Below, piece after piece: positions 27,695 to 31,954 of a stretch of DNA of 31,954 nt. The translations under genes and the position numbers were made by a program. How positions within the stretch are numbered: the first letter of the stretch is position 1; each line of letters opens with the position of its first letter. The DNA comes from a virus (taxonomy: Duplodnaviria; Caudoviricetes), in the IMG/VR virus record IMGVR_UViG_3300044216_003401, positions 1 to 31,954 of that record; one strand, 5' to 3'. Below the pieces are notes generated by a model that worked only from the letters and a program-made list of their open reading frames with translations, was not told the DNA's origin and did no database searches.

Positions 27695-27886
27695 ATGAAA
27701 TTTAAGGAATATATCAAAAAAAACAAAATATCGGTGCCGAAAATGTGTAAAGAACTTGGTATTGATTATGTAACCATGAATAGTTACAGATATAATGACG
27801 CAATTCCAAGAAGGGAGAATATGCAGAAGATTTACAAAGCAACCAACAAAGAGGTAAAACCAAACGATTTTTACGGATTATATTAA
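27695..27886 (+). CDS. Cro/XRE-like HTH regulator
   Basis: 63 aa, SVPKMCKELGIDYVTMNSY...IPRRE...T..EVKPNDF. Confidence 0.88.
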   Translation: MKFKEYIKKNKISVPKMCKELGIDYVTMNSYRYNDAIPRRENMQKIYKATNKEVKPNDFYGLY

Positions 27887-28495
27887 ATGAGCTTTCAAGC
27901 CATGGCATGGGCTGTCAAACAAAAGACAGAGAGTCCAATTTCAAAACTTATTTTGTTGATGATCTGTAATTATGCAGATGAAGAAGGTAATTGTTACCCT
28001 TCACAAGAACATCTGGCAGATCTATGTCAATGTTCAAGAGTATCTGTCAATAAACATATCCAAGAATTAAGAAAAAAAAATTATATATCAATCATAAAAA
28101 AAGCTAATGGTCAATTTGTATATAACAATTACCATGTAAATATGCTTAACATAGGGTTTGTAAATAATATTGACTCCGAATGTAAACCAGTTTTACATAA
28201 TACTATTAAAAACACTATTAATAATAAGCCAACTTTATTTGATGTATTCTGGAATCATTGTCCAAAAAAAATTGGAAAAAAGAAAACAAAAGATATATAT
28301 ACAAAGATCATCAATAATAAAAAAATAGATGTAACTGAAGATGAATTAATTAAAGGTATATTATTATATAAGGAAAGTGTAATCGAAATAGAATCGAAAT
28401 ATATTTGCCACCCTTCGACATGGTTGAATCAGGGAAGGTGGGAAGACGAATTTCCACAAACTACAAGAAAAAATAAAAATTGGTTAGCTGGTTGA
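27887..28495 (+). CDS. Replication initiator/replisome organiser (winged HTH)
   Basis: MSFQAMAWA, KLILL.I.NYAD..G.CYPS...LA, FDVFW...PKK.GK, HPSTWLNQGRWEDE. Confidence 0.88.
   Translation: MSFQAMAWAVKQKTESPISKLILLMICNYADEEGNCYPSQEHLADLCQCSRVSVNKHIQELRKKNYISIIKKANGQFVYNNYHVNMLNIGFVNNIDSECKPVLHNTIKNTINNKPTLFDVFWNHCPKKIGKKKTKDIYTKIINNKKIDVTEDELIKGILLYKESVIEIESKYICHPSTWLNQGRWEDEFPQTTRKNKNWLAG
28134..28228. other. Putative replication origin: iterons plus AT-rich tract inside the initiator gene
   Basis: Three TGTAAA-N5-TTnAC elements at 28134, 28158 and 28180, followed by an AT-rich run. Confidence 0.6.
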
Positions 28496-28534
28496 ATTAT
28501 ATTTAAAATAGTATTATTATAATTAAAATATACT
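28492..28534 (+). promoter_or_regulatory. Promoter with two tandem 19-bp palindrome copies
   Basis: TTGAAT-17 bp-TATTAT. Copies at 28496-28514 and 28516-28534. Confidence 0.6.
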
Positions 28535-28552
28535 TTAAAAAGGAGATAAATT

Positions 28553-28729
28553 ATGGATTTTGACGAATGGAAACATTTAACAGAAGAAAAACCAAATGTC
28601 GAGAAGATCATTAATCAAGATAAAAAAACAATGGCAGAATGTAAACAATTTGCTTTGACTTTAAAAGCAATTATGAGTCCAAAGGCATTCGATATGTTAA
28701 GATATCAAATAATAAATCATGTCAAATAA
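28553..28729 (+). CDS. Hypothetical 58-aa protein (not in the track)
   Basis: SD AGGAG. MDFDEWKHLTEEKP...IINHVK. Overlaps the helicase start. Confidence 0.75.
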   Translation: MDFDEWKHLTEEKPNVEKIINQDKKTMAECKQFALTLKAIMSPKAFDMLRYQIINHVK

Positions 28730-29564
28730 ATTAGAGGGTATTTATCAAGCGAGAGATATTTATAAAGATGTTAATGATTTATACGAGGGTAAAACACATA
28801 AACAATTTAACATAGGATATTCAAATTTAAATCCGTTGTTTAAAATCGTTAAACCTATGTTTGTTGTAATTACTGGTACTCCAAATTCAGGCAAAAGTAG
28901 TTTTACATACGATATTGTGATGAATCTAGCAAAAAAACATCAATTTAAATTTGTTATTTTTAGTCCTGAACATAGTCTTGCCATTAATCTGAAACGATTG
29001 ATCGAAAAATTTGTAAAAAAACCATTTGATATTTTTTTTGAAAATAGATTATCAAGACAGGAAATGTTAGATGCTCTTAAATTTATACAAGAACATTTTT
29101 TCTTTATTGATAAGAAATCGGAGAGTCCAGATATTTCTTGGATTTTAGAAAAGGCACAAATATGTATTAATGAATTTTCGATTGATTCATTGATAATAGA
29201 TCCTTTTAACGAGATTAACCCTACTCGACAATCCTTTTCAGAAACAGAACATATATCGGTTTTAATATCTGACATAAAGAGATTTAATAGAGAAAATAAT
29301 ACATTTACATTTATGATTGCACACCCTAATAAACAAATTCGTGATACTCAATCAGGAATGTTTGAAGTAAAGAGTTTATATGAAATTTCGGGCAGTAGTC
29401 ATTTTAATAATAAATGCGACGTTGGAATGATTGTTACCAGAGATTATGAAAAAGAAGAAACAAAAATTAGAATTGCAAAAGTTCGCGAATTGGATCTCAT
29501 GGGAAATATTGGTGAATGTAAGGTGAAATGGAATAATAATACGAGGTGTTTTGATGAAATATGA
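28719..29564 (+). CDS. SF4 (DnaB/T7 gp4/Twinkle-like) helicase domain without primase
   Basis: Walker A GTPNSGKS, FSPE, IIDPFN, AHP.K, LYEISGS.HF.NK.D. Confidence 0.92.
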   Translation: MSNKLEGIYQARDIYKDVNDLYEGKTHKQFNIGYSNLNPLFKIVKPMFVVITGTPNSGKSSFTYDIVMNLAKKHQFKFVIFSPEHSLAINLKRLIEKFVKKPFDIFFENRLSRQEMLDALKFIQEHFFFIDKKSESPDISWILEKAQICINEFSIDSLIIDPFNEINPTRQSFSETEHISVLISDIKRFNRENNTFTFMIAHPNKQIRDTQSGMFEVKSLYEISGSSHFNNKCDVGMIVTRDYEKEETKIRIAKVRELDLMGNIGECKVKWNNNTRCFDEI

Positions 29565-29772
29565 TTATACACAGTTAATAAAATTGGCAAATGAATTATC
29601 TCTTGAAGATTTGTTATTTATTATGCAAATAAATCAAGACAGAATTTTTGTTCATGTAAATCATAATCAAGTATCCTATTGTCAAGATTTAGATAAAAAA
29701 GTTCCAATATGTCTAAATGGAACAAGTATACAAATTAATATTGAACCGATACAGGAGATCAAAAAATGTTAG
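29551..29772 (+). CDS. Hypothetical protein
   Basis: SD GAGG, 73 aa, overlaps its neighbours. Confidence 0.65.
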   Translation: MMKYDYTQLIKLANELSLEDLLFIMQINQDRIFVHVNHNQVSYCQDLDKKVPICLNGTSIQINIEPIQEIKKC

Positions 29773-30020
29773 AAAAAAAGGTTTTAAAATTATGGAGAGG
29801 AAAATATGTATCTGTCCGAGATTATGAAGTTACTTTGGCAAAAAAAAAGGGTGGATTAATAATTGAACATAAAAATGAATATATGATTTTGGACAATGAA
29901 AAATTAACAAATTTAAAACCAAATGTTAAAGTACAATCAAATTATAAGGGAACATATAGACTTGTTGATATTGAATGGAAACCAGATACCAAAAATCATA
30001 AACAAGGAAATTTAATATAA
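29766..30020 (+). CDS. Hypothetical basic protein
   Basis: SD AGGAG, 84 aa. Confidence 0.7.
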   Translation: MLEKKVLKLWRGKYVSVRDYEVTLAKKKGGLIIEHKNEYMILDNEKLTNLKPNVKVQSNYKGTYRLVDIEWKPDTKNHKQGNLI

Positions 30021-30046
30021 TTTCTGATAAATATTAAGGGGTAAAA

Positions 30047-30601
30047 ATGGAAATAGATTTTAAAACAGTCGAATTAATATCATCAAAAGATTTAATTCCT
30101 TACGACAGTAATCCTAGAGAACATAGTGAAGAACAAATTCAACAAGTGGCTAAAAGTATTAAAGAGTTTGGTTGGACAATGCCAATTTTAGTTGACGAAA
30201 ATTTAGAGATAATCGCTGGTCATGGGAGATTATTAGCATCTCAAAAATTAAATATTGATAAAGTTCCTTGTATGATTGCCAGAGGTTGGACAGAAGATCA
30301 AAAAAAAGCGTATTGTATAGCAGATAACAAACTTACTGAAAACAGCACTTGGGCAAACGAAGATTTGAAACTAAATTTGACAAGTTTGTTAGATAACAAT
30401 TTTGATTTAAGATTAACAGGTTTCAATCAAAAAGAGTTAGACAATATCTTAAATTTTGATATTGATACAATAGATACAGAAGAACAAACTATAAATTCTC
30501 AATATCAATTGACTGTTGAATTACAAGACGAAACGGAACAAGAAGGATTATATAACGAACTGACACAAAGAGGTTTAAAATGCAAAGTGTTAAGTTTTTA
30601 A
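30047..30601 (+). CDS. ParB/Srx N-terminal domain protein
   Basis: LIPY..NPREH, IKEFGW..PILVD, IIAGHGR, IADNKL, plus a short C-terminal domain. Confidence 0.92.
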   Translation: MEIDFKTVELISSKDLIPYDSNPREHSEEQIQQVAKSIKEFGWTMPILVDENLEIIAGHGRLLASQKLNIDKVPCMIARGWTEDQKKAYCIADNKLTENSTWANEDLKLNLTSLLDNNFDLRLTGFNQKELDNILNFDIDTIDTEEQTINSQYQLTVELQDETEQEGLYNELTQRGLKCKVLSF

Positions 30602-31656
30602 AAAAAATAACGTACAAACCGACATTTCGGACAGAGCAAATTTGTGGAATTTATGATTTAGAACCAAAAAAAACATTAGAAAAAGAATTTGTTTTTGACA
30701 TTGATCTAAATTTTGATTGGCAAATTGGAATGATTGTTGGTTTAAGTGGAAGTGGCAAATCAAGTCTAGCAAAAGAATTATTTACAAAAAATTATGATCC
30801 AAAACATAAATGGAATGATGATACATCTTTTTTGAATGATTTTTCAAAGGATATATCCATAAAAGAAATTTGTAAATGTCTATCAAATATTGGTTTTTCT
30901 TCTCCACCATTATGGCTTTTACCTTATCGTGAATTAAGTACAGGTCAAAAGTTTAGAGTTGATGTTGTAAGATCAATTTTGGAAAGTGAAGAAATGTGTT
31001 GTATTGATGAATTTACAAGTGTAGTCGATAGAAATGTAGCAAAAATTGGAAGTCATTGTATCCAGAAATTCATAAGAAAAACAAACAAAAAATTTGTTGC
31101 TGTTTCCTGTCATTCTGATATTCAAGAATGGTTACAACCTGATTGGATTTTTGATGTTGACACAAATAAATTGACAAGGGGGTATCTTCAGCGACCAAAA
31201 ATTGAACTCAAAATATATGAAGAAGGAATTGAAAAATGGGAATTGTTTAGAAAATATCATTATTTAAATACCTCTATTCATAAAGGTGCAAAATGTTTTG
31301 TTGGTTATGTTTGGGATATACCAGTTGTTTTTGGTAGTTACTTAACATTTCCGCACCCCAAAATAAAAAAAGCAAAAAGAGGACACAGAACCGTTGTTTT
31401 ACCAGATTTTCAAGGTTTAGGTATAGGAAACAAGATGTCGGATTTTGTCGCAAAATATTGTATAAACAAAGGTTTTAGGTATTTTTCGACCACTTCTCAA
31501 CCTAGTATGATTTATTACAGAAATAAATCTAAAAATTGGAAAATAATAAGACTACCAAGTAAATTAGGGGGTTTTAAAAGAAATACTGCCTTTAATAGAC
31601 CAAATTCAACTTCTTTTCAAAGAATAACAACATCATTTGAATATATTGATAAATAA
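30580..31656 (+). CDS. ABC-type ATPase fused to a GNAT (Mom-like) acyltransferase
   Basis: GLSGSGKS, LSTGQ, CIDEF and VSCH, then FRKYHYL and RTVVLPDFQGLGIG. Confidence 0.9.
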   Translation: MQSVKFLKKITYKPTFRTEQICGIYDLEPKKTLEKEFVFDIDLNFDWQIGMIVGLSGSGKSSLAKELFTKNYDPKHKWNDDTSFLNDFSKDISIKEICKCLSNIGFSSPPLWLLPYRELSTGQKFRVDVVRSILESEEMCCIDEFTSVVDRNVAKIGSHCIQKFIRKTNKKFVAVSCHSDIQEWLQPDWIFDVDTNKLTRGYLQRPKIELKIYEEGIEKWELFRKYHYLNTSIHKGAKCFVGYVWDIPVVFGSYLTFPHPKIKKAKRGHRTVVLPDFQGLGIGNKMSDFVAKYCINKGFRYFSTTSQPSMIYYRNKSKNWKIIRLPSKLGGFKRNTAFNRPNSTSFQRITTSFEYIDK

Positions 31657-31954
31657 AAGACAAAATTATTCAAATCGTCCCACAATCCCTTGCATACAGT
31701 AAATATTTATTTGCAAAAACACTTGATTATATTTTAAATATAATATAATATAGTACATATATAAGAGATTATATATAACTAAACAATAACAGGAGAAAAA
31801 AATGAAAAGTATTTATCAGATGACAGTTGAAGAATTAAAGAACTGGAACGAAAAGATAAATGAAAAAATGGTTAAGTACGAACATTGCCCAGTAGATATG
31901 GAACAATTATGGGAACTTAAAAGACGAGTACAAAATCAAATCAAATTAAAAGAA
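31574..31954. repeat. Imperfect terminal direct repeat, right copy
   Basis: Matches 1-382. Confidence 0.95.
31802..31954 (+). CDS. Variant allele of the 54-aa early protein, truncated by the window edge
   Basis: Same SD and start as 230, with six amino-acid differences. Confidence 0.75.
   Translation, partial: MKSIYQMTVEELKNWNEKINEKMVKYEHCPVDMEQLWELKRRVQNQIKLKE

Noticed and set aside
30047-30601. Plasmid-prophage ParABS partition system
   Set aside because: There is no ParA and no HTH after the ParB-N domain. The protein resembles ParB-N partners of modification enzymes.
389-30772. Many short antisense or alternate-frame ORFs in the track (e.g. 389..721, 1432..1650, 5549..5938, 10491..10790, 13378..13680, 28940..29275)
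   Set aside because: They are shadows of well-supported genes, with no recognisable motifs.
30580-31656. ABC transporter
   Set aside because: No permease or substrate-binding gene is present, and the ATPase is fused to a GNAT domain.
1-31954. Stop-codon reassignment, introns/inteins, tRNA genes
   Set aside because: Core genes are full length under the standard code and TAA, TAG and TGA all terminate genes. Intergenic gaps are short and I saw no cloverleaf or splice motifs by eye (tRNAscan was not run).

Overview
The window looks like a complete, circularly permuted ~31.6 kb genome of an AT-rich, long-tailed HK97-fold siphovirus. Positions 1-382 recur at 31574-31954, but imperfectly. Gene content (GTA/TP901-type tail tube and chaperones, marine-type tail fibre, 2OG-Fe(II) oxygenase) suggests an aquatic Gram-negative host, which is inference only. 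Order: small early genes; TerS, TerL and an extended portal; an insert of M15 endolysin, Zn-ribbon metallophosphoesterase, small protein and Ref-like nuclease; gp7; an inverted three-ORF cassette; protease, capsid and decoration protein; a displaced tail-tip block; neck, tail tube, frameshifted chaperones, tape measure and Dit; a secreted/membrane cluster with a holin; a leftward oxygenase/SSB/ERF arm; then Cro-like regulator, initiator with internal iterons, DnaB-like helicase, ParB-N protein and an ABC-ATPase/GNAT fusion. I saw no integrase, CI repressor, polymerase, reverse transcriptase, tRNA or CRISPR array. Best candidates for new biology: the ParB plus ABC-ATPase/GNAT DNA-modification pair, the secreted three-gene cluster beside the holin, the multidomain portal, a 19-bp palindrome at four promoter regions, and diverged terminal copies of the first early gene. 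Family names are recalled from motifs, not from database searches.
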